NCBI GenBank assembly: GCA_964519995.1
Contig: CAZFLY010000001.1
Location: 546-64,545, forward strand
Origin: an uncultured Pirellulales bacterium
Lineage (GTDB): Bacteria > Planctomycetota > Phycisphaerae > Sedimentisphaerales > Anaerobacaceae
DNA length: 64,000 bases
Reading direction: 5' to 3'
Positions 18,259 to 28,266 of the stretch are shown here, in pieces. Both the position numbers and the translations under genes were made by a program. The notes under the pieces were generated by a model that had not been told where the DNA came from, searched no databases, and saw only the letters and a program-made list of their open reading frames with translations. Each line of letters opens with the position of its first letter. Position 1 is the stretch's first letter.

Positions 18259-20070
18259 GTGACGGCTGATAATCTGCTTATGAAGGTTGTCTACAAAAAC
18301 AAGCGGCTCGAGCATATCCTCGTTGGTGTCAAAGCTCTCACATCTGCAATGGTCGTCGCTTCATTTATTATGCTCTTCGGCTTTGATGAGCCAATATTGC
18401 CTGTGCACATTCTATACAAAATTCAGATCGGTATGCTGTGTGTCTTTCTATCCGGCAAGGTTATTCGACTTTTCAATGCAGAATCTGCAAAAGGATTCAT
18501 AACTGCCAACTGGTTTGAAATACCCCTCCTGATTGCACTGGGGGTGGTTGTCTTTGGTTCGGGGCGATGGTTTGGTGCATTTGAACCCTGTAAGGTCAGG
18601 CATTTGGGGGTAGGTATCTATCTTATAGTTGAGGTTGTCACCAAGATTTGTATTACTTCGGTGAGCCTTGCGGCTTCCGGCAAAAACCCAACGCGTAGGC
18701 TAATCGCCTCTTTTTTAATTCTAATCGTCGCTGGAGCGGGTTTGCTTATGCTGCCGCGGGCTTCAGCTAAGGAACGTACAAGTTTCGTTAATGCTCTGTT
18801 TACAGCCACGAGTGCCACATGCGTCACCGGCCTTATTGTCAGAGACACCGGCCAAGATTTTAGCTCGATGGGGCAAATTGTTATTCTCGTACTGATTCAA
18901 CTTGGCGGTCTGGGCATAGTCGTCTTTGGTGCCGTGTTTGCATTGCTGCTGGGCCAGGCATTTAGCTTGCGCGAGTCAGTCGCAATGCAGGATTTATTAA
19001 GCACAAGAACAGTTAGCCGAATAGGTAATATGATATTCTTTATTTTTGTCGGCACTGTGATTTTTGAGGGCGTCGGCGCACTCTGCCTTTTCCGAATGTG
19101 GGATAATGTGCCCAGTTGGACCGGCAACATTCATCAGCAGTGGTTCTACAGTATATTTCATTCAATAAGTGCTTTCTGCAATGCGGGCTTCAGTTTATTC
19201 AGTGACAGTTTTATTGGGTACAAAAGAAGCTGGGAAATATATTTGGTTGTCTGCCCTTTAATAGTCTTGGGTGGTCTTGGCTTTGGTGTACTCTATAATC
19301 TCGCTGATACTGCTGCCGATAGGGTCAAACGTTTTTTCAAGAAGCTGTTCTACAAACAGTACAGGATTTCTATGGAAACGCCCAAAAGAATGCGTTTGCA
19401 AACAAAGATTGTCCTAACTGTAAGTGCTGGTCTTATCGTCCTTGGAGCGGGGGCAATACTTTTATTTGATCGGTTCGCAGGTGCAAATCCCGCCAGCAAT
19501 TATCCCGGTGTCTTGGGGGCACTGTTTCAATCGATCACAGCAAGAACAGCCGGATTCAATACTCTGGACATTTCCGCGTTGTCAGCTTCGAGCAAATTTA
19601 TGCTGATCTTGCTTATGTTTATAGGTGGTTCACCAGGCTCGACTGCTGGTGGTATAAAAACGGTGACGTTGGCAGTAATAATTATGACTGTACTTGCCGC
19701 TCTGCGAAAGCGGTCTGACGTGGAGATGTTTAATCGTTCCATCAGAATAGTCGTTGTCGGAAGAGCAATTACCATTATGATGCTTTTTGTTGCTGTGTTA
19801 TTCATTGCGACGCTGGCTCTGAGTATCACTGAAAACGGCAATTCAGCAGACTTTAGCATGATGGACATTATGTTTGAGACCTGTTCGGCATTGGGTACGG
19901 TGGGGCTTACGACCGGCAAGACGGCCTTTTTGACAAGCGTAGGGAAATTGATTATCATTGCCGTAATGCTTATCGGCAGATTGGGACCGCTGACGCTTTT
20001 GGCATCAGTGACGTTTAACCTGAAGCTAGTTCGATACAACTATCCCGATGAAGCAATAATTGTTGGATAA
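18259..20070 (+). CDS. trkH: TrkH/KtrB-family potassium transporter
   Basis: Polytopic protein with four pore-loop-like segments: ATCVTGL, FCNAGFSL, TARTAGFNT, ALGTVGLTTG. Confidence 0.85.
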   Translation: MTADNLLMKVVYKNKRLEHILVGVKALTSAMVVASFIMLFGFDEPILPVHILYKIQIGMLCVFLSGKVIRLFNAESAKGFITANWFEIPLLIALGVVVFGSGRWFGAFEPCKVRHLGVGIYLIVEVVTKICITSVSLAASGKNPTRRLIASFLILIVAGAGLLMLPRASAKERTSFVNALFTATSATCVTGLIVRDTGQDFSSMGQIVILVLIQLGGLGIVVFGAVFALLLGQAFSLRESVAMQDLLSTRTVSRIGNMIFFIFVGTVIFEGVGALCLFRMWDNVPSWTGNIHQQWFYSIFHSISAFCNAGFSLFSDSFIGYKRSWEIYLVVCPLIVLGGLGFGVLYNLADTAADRVKRFFKKLFYKQYRISMETPKRMRLQTKIVLTVSAGLIVLGAGAILLFDRFAGANPASNYPGVLGALFQSITARTAGFNTLDISALSASSKFMLILLMFIGGSPGSTAGGIKTVTLAVIIMTVLAALRKRSDVEMFNRSIRIVVVGRAITIMMLFVAVLFIATLALSITENGNSADFSMMDIMFETCSALGTVGLTTGKTAFLTSVGKLIIIAVMLIGRLGPLTLLASVTFNLKLVRYNYPDEAIIVG

Positions 20071-20153
20071 TTCGTTGTGTGTCGCGGGTATTGCGCATTG
20101 TGCAGTCGAAACTTCCCGGTGTATAACACAATACGAGATGAGAGGGACGAGTT

Positions 20154-20834
20154 ATGAGGCAGTTCGCTGTAATAGGACTTGGGCGCTTCGGGCAGAAACT
20201 TGCTGTTGCTCTGGCGATGAGCGGCGCGGAAGTTATCGCGATTGATAAAGACAGAAACGAGATAGAGCTTATCCGTGATCAGGTAAGTCATGCGGTCCGG
20301 CTCGATAGCACCGATGAGGAGGCCCTTAAAGCACAGGGCGTCGATAAGGTCGACGTCGCTATTATTGGAATGGGGCAGAACAATTTCGAGTCGGCAATCT
20401 TAACCGTGGTGAACCTGCGACAAATGGGTATCAAGCAAATATACGCACGGGCTGAAACCTTAGTCGCTGGCGAAGTCTTTTCCAAAGTAGGAGCAACCGA
20501 CGTTATTTATCCTGAAATCGAGTCTGCTCAGAGGTGGGGATACAAACTTATCGCTCCGCAGATTGGTGAAAAAATAGATTTTGCCCCGGGTTACAGCCTT
20601 GCCCGCATAAAGGCACCTGCCAGCTTCGACGGCAGGACCGTTATGGATTTGCAACTGCGGCAGAAATACAATGTGAATCTGGTTTTGATTAAGCGGGGTG
20701 AGGACAGCAAGGCCAAGAAGAGTGAAAAGGGCTCGATTATAAACGTTCCTATGCCCAGCACCGTCATTTACGAGGATGATATCCTGATGGTCGCCGGCTC
20801 CGACGCAGACTTGGCAAAGCTGCCGCAAGAATAG
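20154..20834 (+). CDS. trkA: TrkA/KtrA potassium-uptake regulatory subunit (RCK)
   Basis: Rossmann motif VIGLGRFGQKLA and a C-terminal RCK_C-like domain, immediately downstream of trkH. Confidence 0.85.
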   Translation: MRQFAVIGLGRFGQKLAVALAMSGAEVIAIDKDRNEIELIRDQVSHAVRLDSTDEEALKAQGVDKVDVAIIGMGQNNFESAILTVVNLRQMGIKQIYARAETLVAGEVFSKVGATDVIYPEIESAQRWGYKLIAPQIGEKIDFAPGYSLARIKAPASFDGRTVMDLQLRQKYNVNLVLIKRGEDSKAKKSEKGSIINVPMPSTVIYEDDILMVAGSDADLAKLPQE

Positions 20835-20864
20835 TGGGAATACCTACCGACCCAGTCGTATTAT

Positions 20865-21851
20865 TCAGGTCTTTCTGTATTTTCTAAGCATGTCGAGTGC
20901 ATTCTGCACGTCTTGTGGTAATACTGCCTCGAATTCCACCATCTGGTTGGTTGTGGGATGTCTGAATTCAAGCGTCCAGGCATGAAGGGCGCAGCGAGTT
21001 ATAACAGGATCCTGCGCGGCAGGTTCAGCATCCTGCAACTGCCAGGGATACACTAACTTTCCGCCATACATTTCGTCGGCGACAATTGGATGCTTTATGT
21101 AAGAAAGGTGTACGCGAATCTGGTGCGTACGCCCCGTATGCGGGGTGAGTTTTAGCAGCGAAAAACCACGGAATGGCTCCAGCACCTCGTAGAATGTAAC
21201 GGCTTCTTTGCCCATTTCGGGTCTGATTGCGTACTTCTCTCTGATTCTTGGGTGCACGCCAAGTGGTGCTTTTATACGGTCGCGGGTTAGGTCCGGCTCG
21301 CCGTGAACAATAGCAAGATAAGTTTTGTTGACCTGTCGATGTTCGAATTGCTTGGCGATTTTCCATTGGGCTGTATCGTTTTTTGTGACAACCATTACAC
21401 CGGTTGTGTCTTTGTCGAGCCGATGAATGATGCCGGGCCTAAACTCTCCCAGCCCACTCGATAGTTGATCCGAATAGTATACAAGCGCATTTACGAGCGT
21501 ACCATGGGTGTTGCCTCTAGCAGGGTGTACAATCATATCAGCCGGCTTGTTGAGAATGATCAAGTCGGAGTCCTCGAAAATAATGTCCAGCGGAATATTC
21601 TCGGGCGGTATATCTTTGCTCGGCGGCTCGGGAACAATCAGGCTAATTGTGTCGCCGTGACTTAGCTTAAAGCTTGGCTTGACAGTCTTGCCATTGACTT
21701 TGACAGCTCCATCTTTAATCGCATCCTGAATGAAGCGTCGACTTAAATTCCTTAATCGACCATGAAGATATTTGTCAATCCGGCGTTCTTTGATAGAGAC
21801 TCCCACGTGAAGTGTCAATGGCTCAAACCCCGGATATGGTGACTGGCACAT
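20865..21851 (-). CDS. rluD: RluA/RluD-family pseudouridine synthase
   Basis: S4 domain (RIDKYLHGRL..VKVNGKTVKPSFKL), catalytic HRLDKDTTGVMVV, RTHQIRVH. ATG at 21851 preferred over the TTG at 21893, which overlaps the upstream gene. Confidence 0.85.
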   Translation of the reverse strand: MCQSPYPGFEPLTLHVGVSIKERRIDKYLHGRLRNLSRRFIQDAIKDGAVKVNGKTVKPSFKLSHGDTISLIVPEPPSKDIPPENIPLDIIFEDSDLIILNKPADMIVHPARGNTHGTLVNALVYYSDQLSSGLGEFRPGIIHRLDKDTTGVMVVTKNDTAQWKIAKQFEHRQVNKTYLAIVHGEPDLTRDRIKAPLGVHPRIREKYAIRPEMGKEAVTFYEVLEPFRGFSLLKLTPHTGRTHQIRVHLSYIKHPIVADEMYGGKLVYPWQLQDAEPAAQDPVITRCALHAWTLEFRHPTTNQMVEFEAVLPQDVQNALDMLRKYRKT

Positions 21852-21864
21852 CGTCTCTGGCTTG

Positions 21865-22752
21865 CTATTTGGCCGGTAGATTGGATTCAGCAACGCTGCC
21901 GGTGTCGTCTAAACTCTGACGTTCGCTGTTGACGTCTTCAACCTCGGTGACACTGCTTTGTACCGTGGGCGCTGAAGCAACATTTTCAGTCAGGTTCGAA
22001 TCGTTAGGCAAATTAGCCTCGACAGGACCCAGGTCGATGACCTGCGGCTCATAGGCTGCGATTAGGTCCGGTTTTGACGACGGCATAAAGGTAACCTCGC
22101 CTTTATAATCAGCCATAGTCTCAAGACGGTACTTGGCAGCATCTTGAGCTGTCGTACCATCAAGTGCGGAGTCCATGGCGATGTCACGATATATTTGCTG
22201 AGCCTTATCGAAATTGCCCAGCTCTTCTTCACAAAGACCCAGACCAAATCTGGCCAGAGCAATCAAAGAGGAATTATGTGGTGCCTTCTGTAGAACCTCT
22301 GTGTAGCTGGCTTTTGCCAATTCGATCTGCTCAATTAACTCCTGCATGCTAACATCCCCGAGGCGGTAATGCAGCTCCATCCGCAAAGCCTCAGCTCGTT
22401 TGATAAGCGCCAAAGCAGCCATTTGGCTGTCCTTTGTTTGTTTTGCGAATGACTCAAGATTCTCCGCGGGCTGAAGCAGTATAAATGAAATGTCCCTTCC
22501 CTGCTCCTGTGCCTGGAGGATTTGAACTTTATTATAGCGAAGCTGGTTGATTAGGTTTGTGAACCTAAGTTGTCTGCGAACCGTAACAACGTTCTTATTA
22601 TAAACGAACCAAATATAAACAACCACGACTACAACTATGGCTGCTGAAATGCCGATAATAGTTATACGGTTTTCCTTAACCCACTGTGGAAAGTGCGCTA
22701 TCCACTCGGCCAGCTCGTTTGTTTTCAATTCGTGCCGATGGTCAGACCTCAT
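21865..22752 (-). CDS. membrane-anchored TPR-like protein (YfgM-like architecture)
   Basis: N-terminal HELKTNELAEWI followed by a single TM segment (IIGISAAIVVVVVVYIWF), then helical repeat-like segments. Confidence 0.5.
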   Translation of the reverse strand: MRSDHRHELKTNELAEWIAHFPQWVKENRITIIGISAAIVVVVVVYIWFVYNKNVVTVRRQLRFTNLINQLRYNKVQILQAQEQGRDISFILLQPAENLESFAKQTKDSQMAALALIKRAEALRMELHYRLGDVSMQELIEQIELAKASYTEVLQKAPHNSSLIALARFGLGLCEEELGNFDKAQQIYRDIAMDSALDGTTAQDAAKYRLETMADYKGEVTFMPSSKPDLIAAYEPQVIDLGPVEANLPNDSNLTENVASAPTVQSSVTEVEDVNSERQSLDDTGSVAESNLPAK

Positions 22753-22927
22753 TATTGTCTCCGTTACCCATTTACAATTACGTGCCTATTAAGTTATCAA
22801 AACATAAACTGAATAGTTAAGCACTATTATAGCAAAACTTCTTTTACCTTGCAAAGACCTTGTTTAATGGATAAAATCATTACAAATAAATAAACGACAT
22901 GTGCGATTATTGATAGTTGAGGTTAAA

Positions 22928-24802
22928 GTGCAGAAAAGAAGCAGGAAAAACACGATCTTTTCCTTTTTATTTTTAGCTTTATCACTAATTTCGGATATTT
23001 GTCTGGCCAGAGAGCAAGTAAACAAAGGCGAAGACCCAATAGCAGGTGTTTGGGACCCGACCAAATATATCAGTGTCGATGAAGTTCAGGCCGGAATGGA
23101 TGCGTATTGCCTTACCTGTTACAGTGGTACCAAGGTTGAGAAGTTTGGGCTGGAGGTCTTGGACGTGATACGCAATGCGAATCCGAGGACCGGTCCGGGC
23201 AGCAAAGATGTAATTCTCGTTTTGGGCACAGACGAGCGTTTCATCCACACGGGCCCGGTCGGTGGGTGCAGTGGGTCGCCGGTTTATATTGGCGGCCGAT
23301 TGGCTGGAGCACTGGCTTTCGCGTGGACCTTCAGTAAAGACCCGATTTACGGTGTCACGCCCATCAAGGAAATGCTTAGAGTCGGTCTGGATACTGCCGG
23401 ACGAGGGGACACACAACCAGTACATCAAGTGGGATTTACCTTCGACCTTTCAAAGCCGATTGATCTTGCTGAAATCTACAAACAGATTGTTGTTGAACGA
23501 AGCCCTGAAAAAACGGATTCAACAGGTCTTGTGATGTTACCTTGCCCGTTGATTGTTTCCGGTCTGCCGGCACATGCATGTGAAGAATTGAATGCTTTGA
23601 GCGAACCTTTCGGACTTGTAGCTGTTACCGGCGGCGATAGTGGCAATGACAACAGTGAAGCCACAGCGAAGGCAAAGTTGGTTCCCGGAGCTTCTTTGGC
23701 TGTTCCTTATCTGACCGGCGACATAACAATGACCGCAATTGGAGCAGTGACCGAGGTCGTAGATGATAAAATCTATGGTTTTGGGCACTGGTTGCTCGGA
23801 TATGGCGACATTGATTTACCAATGGCTACTGCGAAAATTCATGCGGTTGTCAGCAATTTGCTACGCTCTTTCAAGGTTGGAAGTCAGCTTGAGATAATTG
23901 GAGCGTTGAGGCAGGACGAGTCAACTGCGGTCTATGGACAGATAGGCGCAGAAGCAAAGATGATACCTTTGACAATCCGGATTGATCGCTACAATGACAC
24001 ACAACAGCGAATTTATAACTGCCGGATAGCAAAAAATCAGGTGATTACGCCAACATACCTTGGCGCTGTGGTGGCCGGTGCTGCGCTTATGCAAGGCGAT
24101 TTGCCACCTCACCATATGATTGAATATAGGGTATCTCTTGGCATAGACGGCTTCGAACCGATTACTTACGATAATATGTCAACCGATATTGGTATGAAAA
24201 ATGTAGCGTTGGAAAGCGCCAGCGTTGTGGCGCTTCTCATGAACAATCCTTACAAACAAGTAGATATCGAATCATTAGATTTCGACATCCACATAAAGCC
24301 AAGTAGTATCCTTGCGCATATTTGGTCAGCCACCGTCTCTGATACAAAGGTCAAGCCTGGAGAACAAATCGAAGTCGAAGTTGTTGTGGAGTCATTCCTG
24401 GGCGCAAAGAAAAAATATGAATTTAGATTGACCATACCCGATAATTTGCAAGCAGGCAAATACCAGTTGGTTGTGTGCGGCTCAAACGATTACGAAGGGT
24501 TTTTGAGAAAAGCTGTTCCGTACAGGTTTGTCGCACAAAATTTGACGACCATGATCGAGGCTATAAAAAAAATTCTACAAATGAAGCAAGATGCATTGTA
24601 TTGCCTGCTGGTCTTACCACCGGCTGGTATTACAGTGGAACAGGCTGAGCTTCCTGATTTATCGGCAACGAAGTCTTTGATCCTGCAAGATGCCGCGAGG
24701 GCACTAAGAACTCAGGCTTACCCACACTGGCTGGAAGAAAGTGTTCAGACCGGTACCATTGTGGCCGACAAGAGGACTATTCAAATAACAGTAGAGAAAT
24801 AG
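22928..24802 (+). CDS. secreted SpoIVB/S55-like serine peptidase domain protein
   Basis: GPVGGCSGSPVYIGGRLAGALAF resembles the GxSGSP catalytic-serine segment of peptidase S55. Signal peptide starts from GTG 22928, preceded by GAGGT (track start is GTG 22901). Confidence 0.55.
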   Translation: MQKRSRKNTIFSFLFLALSLISDICLAREQVNKGEDPIAGVWDPTKYISVDEVQAGMDAYCLTCYSGTKVEKFGLEVLDVIRNANPRTGPGSKDVILVLGTDERFIHTGPVGGCSGSPVYIGGRLAGALAFAWTFSKDPIYGVTPIKEMLRVGLDTAGRGDTQPVHQVGFTFDLSKPIDLAEIYKQIVVERSPEKTDSTGLVMLPCPLIVSGLPAHACEELNALSEPFGLVAVTGGDSGNDNSEATAKAKLVPGASLAVPYLTGDITMTAIGAVTEVVDDKIYGFGHWLLGYGDIDLPMATAKIHAVVSNLLRSFKVGSQLEIIGALRQDESTAVYGQIGAEAKMIPLTIRIDRYNDTQQRIYNCRIAKNQVITPTYLGAVVAGAALMQGDLPPHHMIEYRVSLGIDGFEPITYDNMSTDIGMKNVALESASVVALLMNNPYKQVDIESLDFDIHIKPSSILAHIWSATVSDTKVKPGEQIEVEVVVESFLGAKKKYEFRLTIPDNLQAGKYQLVVCGSNDYEGFLRKAVPYRFVAQNLTTMIEAIKKILQMKQDALYCLLVLPPAGITVEQAELPDLSATKSLILQDAARALRTQAYPHWLEESVQTGTIVADKRTIQITVEK

Positions 24803-24870
24803 CAGCGAAAAAAGTACAGCTATCTACAAATTTTTCTATGTCGTTTTGGTTTTTAACCTGTGGAGTTGCC

Positions 24871-27177
24871 ATGATAAACACACTTCAATTCAAAAAAACC
24901 TTGTCTTTAATAACTTGTGTGCTGCTTGTCAGTTTTGCAGGCCGAGGTTGGTCTGTTACGAGTAAGGTCACGCGCCAATCAACCGGTGCGGAATTGTTAA
25001 AGGGTCAAACAGACAATGTTGTTATTAGCTCACGAGGAACAATTCAGCTTGGCCGGGCTGCTAAAGTGCTCGTGGAAGAATTCGATGATGTCTGGTCTGT
25101 GAACTGTATCACAATAAGCGGTGGAACAGTCTATTTAGGCACAAGTCCAAACGGAAACATTTACAAATACAGCCTTGGTAAGCTGACGAAGATGTACCCA
25201 CTGGAATCTGATACCGTTTCACAGAGGCATCCCGTAGAACAAGCTCCGCCAAAGACTGAGCCCGACAGCAAACAAGATGAGTTGGCCGACACAAACGATG
25301 TTGACAGCGAAACCGTCGACGAAGATCAATATTTGTCAAATGAGCATATTTTTGCGATGGCAACCGATGTGGCCGGCAGAGTTCTTGCCGGTATAAGTGG
25401 TAGTAAGTGCAAATTGATTCGATTCGAAGCAGGCAAGATAGAAACAATCTTTGAACCAAATGACACGAAATATATATATGCAATAACTATAAATGTCTTA
25501 GGCGATATCTATCTGGGTACGGGGCCGGAAGGCAAAGTTTATAAACTTGATCCTCTCGGCAAGAACTTGGAGCTTATCTACGATAGTATTGACAAGAACA
25601 TTCTCTCACTGGCAGTTGATCAGGATGGCTTCGTTTATGCTGGAAGTGATACTCGCGGGTTGGTTTATAAAATTAATCCACGCACCAAAACAGCAACTGT
25701 TTTATATGACAGCGACCAGCCGGAGATTACGGCCTTGCTGATATCAAGGATATCAACCGCCAAAGAGGGAGATTTATACGCAGCAGCCACATCAGCTAAG
25801 ATTGTTGAGGCTGAGACAACGTTTGCAGACCAAATGCCACAGGCTGGTCGGCCTGAGCCACCAAGCTCGCCAGAGCCTGAAAACACTACCCAAGGCGGGC
25901 GTAAGCTGCAGATTGCCAACACCAAAGAACAGGCCAATGATAAACCAGCTAAGCCGGAAAAACCGGTCCGCAAAAGGCCCAAGCCAAGCAAAGCCAGTCA
26001 CTTATACAAGATAGATAAAGAAGGTTACGTGGTAGATGTATTTGAGGATGTATTAGTTTTCTTTTGCCTGGCTGAGCAAGATGGAAAGTTGCTTGTTGGA
26101 ACGGGAAATGACGCCCAGCTTTTTGACATCGACCCGGTGACAGAGCAGGAGACGATCATTTATGAGGATGGGCAAGCATCACAAATTACGGCTGTTGCTA
26201 TTTCCGGGCAAGTTACGTACCTGGGCACGGCAAATACTGCAAAGCTGATAAAACTAAACACCGAGTTTGCCTCCGAGGGAACCTACACTTCGGATCTCGT
26301 AGATGCTGGCCAGCCAGCGAATTGGGGTAAACTGCAGGTTGAAGCCGATATCCCACAAGGGTGCAGGATTCTGGTAGCTTCACGGAGCGGAAATGTTAAC
26401 GACACCAATGACACCACATTCTCGGAATGGACCGAGCCCGTGGAGGTAACCGGACCGGTACAACTGGACTGTCCTTTAGGAAGATTTTGTCAATATAAAC
26501 TCATCTTACAAAGCGAGGATGGGCTTAACAGCCCTGTCATACGAGAGGTTGCTGTGGCCAGTACAGTGCCGAATTTGGCTCCACGTATTGAGGCGGTAGA
26601 TGTCTCTCGGTTGCAGGCGCCCGGTAAGACAGGAATTTTCAAAATCGGTTATAACGCCATGGATGACAATGGCGATAATCTGATTTACAAAATAGATTTC
26701 AGAAAAATTGGCAGAACGAATTGGATCCAACTGGAGGACGAGATTGAAGCGGACAACTTCGAATGGGACGGCAAAACCGTTGAAGATGGTCGATATGAGA
26801 TTAGGGTAACAGTCGACGATAGTAGAAGTAACACCGTCGCAACCAAGCTAACAGGTAGCAGGATAAGCGATCCTATGGTGGTTGATAATACAGGACCGGT
26901 TATCGAAGACTACTCCATCAGCGAGAATGAAACCACCGTAACGCTAAAACTGCGGCTGGCCGACCAACTAAGCGCAATCGGCGAGCTACATTACACTGTT
27001 GACAGTAACACAGAATGGAAAGGCGCGATACCAGACGATTTGGTATGCGATACGCTAAATGAGGATTTTACGATTGTAATCGAGAATTTATCAACCGGCG
27101 AGCACGTTATTGCAGTTAAAACCATTGATGCTGTCGGCAATACAACATATAAAACATTCGAGATTAACGTGGATTAG
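24871..27177 (+). CDS. secreted beta-propeller-repeat protein with C-terminal Ig-like region
   Basis: Signal peptide MINTLQFKKTLSLITCVLLVSFA. Recurring blades (GTVYLGTSPNGNIYKY, GDIYLGTGPEGKVYKLDP, GFVYAGSDTRGLVYKINP, LLVGTGNDAQLFDIDP) and a Pro/Lys-rich linker. Confidence 0.5.
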   Translation: MINTLQFKKTLSLITCVLLVSFAGRGWSVTSKVTRQSTGAELLKGQTDNVVISSRGTIQLGRAAKVLVEEFDDVWSVNCITISGGTVYLGTSPNGNIYKYSLGKLTKMYPLESDTVSQRHPVEQAPPKTEPDSKQDELADTNDVDSETVDEDQYLSNEHIFAMATDVAGRVLAGISGSKCKLIRFEAGKIETIFEPNDTKYIYAITINVLGDIYLGTGPEGKVYKLDPLGKNLELIYDSIDKNILSLAVDQDGFVYAGSDTRGLVYKINPRTKTATVLYDSDQPEITALLISRISTAKEGDLYAAATSAKIVEAETTFADQMPQAGRPEPPSSPEPENTTQGGRKLQIANTKEQANDKPAKPEKPVRKRPKPSKASHLYKIDKEGYVVDVFEDVLVFFCLAEQDGKLLVGTGNDAQLFDIDPVTEQETIIYEDGQASQITAVAISGQVTYLGTANTAKLIKLNTEFASEGTYTSDLVDAGQPANWGKLQVEADIPQGCRILVASRSGNVNDTNDTTFSEWTEPVEVTGPVQLDCPLGRFCQYKLILQSEDGLNSPVIREVAVASTVPNLAPRIEAVDVSRLQAPGKTGIFKIGYNAMDDNGDNLIYKIDFRKIGRTNWIQLEDEIEADNFEWDGKTVEDGRYEIRVTVDDSRSNTVATKLTGSRISDPMVVDNTGPVIEDYSISENETTVTLKLRLADQLSAIGELHYTVDSNTEWKGAIPDDLVCDTLNEDFTIVIENLSTGEHVIAVKTIDAVGNTTYKTFEINVD

Positions 27178-27213
27178 TTCGTAGTTCATTGTTCGTAGTT
27201 CATAGTCATAGTT
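27177..27213 (+). repeat. GTTCGTAGTTC-type repeat (internal direct repeat TTCGTAGTTCAT x2)
   Basis: GTTCGTAGTTCATTGTTCGTAGTTCATAGTCATAGTT. An inverted relative is at 31692-31727. Confidence 0.75.
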
Positions 27214-27246
27214 TATGTTGATTGGTACGGGAAATGAATAAAAAAA

Positions 27247-27286
27247 ACGAGCCACGAGCCACGAGCCACGATTCACGAGGACGTCG
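27247..27286 (+). repeat. tandem heptamer array ACGAGCC x3 plus degenerate units, abutting the start codon
   Basis: ACGAGCC ACGAGCC ACGAGCC ACGATTC ACGAGG ACGTC then GTG. The array forms the entire proximal 5' UTR, including the GAGGA Shine-Dalgarno. Confidence 0.85.
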
Positions 27287-28149
27287 TGCGATACATCAAG
27301 TTCGCAAAGATCGTTAAGACCATCGAGTCGCTCTGTATAGCAGCTAACTATGAACTGCCCGAAGATGTGCTAAATGCTCTTGAAAAAGCTGTCCAGAGAG
27401 AATCCGACCCACAAGCGGCTAAAATACTAAAACAGCTTATCGAAAACGCCCGAATAGCATCAGAGGAAAAAATACCATTGTGTCAGGATACAGGACTTGC
27501 AGTGGTATTCGCAGAACAAGGTGCAGAGGTCGCAATCAAGCCGGGCGACGGCGAGGATGAGGTGACTTCGTCGGATGCTATCAATGCTGGGGTTAAAGCT
27601 GCCTACGAAAAAGGCTTTCTGCGTAAAAGCGTTGTTGCTGATCCTTTGAATAATCGTGTTAACATCGGCACTAATACGCCCGCCATAATTCACTATAATA
27701 TTGTACCAGGCGATAGATTAAAGCTGACGATAATGGTCAAAGGAGGTGGTTGCGAAAACAAAAGCCGGTTCAGGATGTTCAGGCCAACCGCTGAGAAAAA
27801 CGAGGTGATTGATTGGATTGTTGAGATTGTGGCAAAGGCCGGCGCTGATGCTTGTCCGCCATTCGTTGTGGGGGTAGGAATTGGGGGAGATTTTGAGTTA
27901 AGTTGCCTGCTGAGCAAAAAGGCACTATTGAGGAATTTGTCATCGCGACACATTAATGAGTTCTACGCTGAATTGGAGGTTGATTTGCTTTCACGAATTA
28001 ATGCATTAGGACTGGGTCCGCAAGGATTTGGAGGTGATACGACGGCCTTAGCCGTCTTTGTCGAGATTAAGCCGTGCCACATTGCATCGCTGCCCGTTGC
28101 AGTCAACATCGAGTGCCATAGCCACAGACATAAAACAGCTGTTATCTAA
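27286..28149 (+). CDS. Fe-S type hydro-lyase (class I fumarate/tartrate dehydratase) alpha subunit
   Basis: PLCQDTGLAVVF, VKGGGCENKS, VGVGIGGDFE. GTG start. No beta subunit gene is adjacent. Confidence 0.85.
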   Translation: MRYIKFAKIVKTIESLCIAANYELPEDVLNALEKAVQRESDPQAAKILKQLIENARIASEEKIPLCQDTGLAVVFAEQGAEVAIKPGDGEDEVTSSDAINAGVKAAYEKGFLRKSVVADPLNNRVNIGTNTPAIIHYNIVPGDRLKLTIMVKGGGCENKSRFRMFRPTAEKNEVIDWIVEIVAKAGADACPPFVVGVGIGGDFELSCLLSKKALLRNLSSRHINEFYAELEVDLLSRINALGLGPQGFGGDTTALAVFVEIKPCHIASLPVAVNIECHSHRHKTAVI

Positions 28150-28266
28150 TGACTCATATTCACTGTCTTAGAACTTATAGAGCAAGACTAAGACTCAAAT
28201 ATTAGAGGTTTATATAAACTTGGCCCATAGAGTAGAATAACTATAGGGGACCTCAAGTGACGTGGC

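Noticed and set aside
19527-20039. 170-aa minus-strand ORF
   Set aside because: Antisense to trkH.
27247-27286. Heptamer array as a mini-CRISPR or microsatellite phase switch
   Set aside because: It has no spacers and the units are only 7 nt, so it is not CRISPR. A phase-variation role remains speculative and is reported only as a check under the finding.
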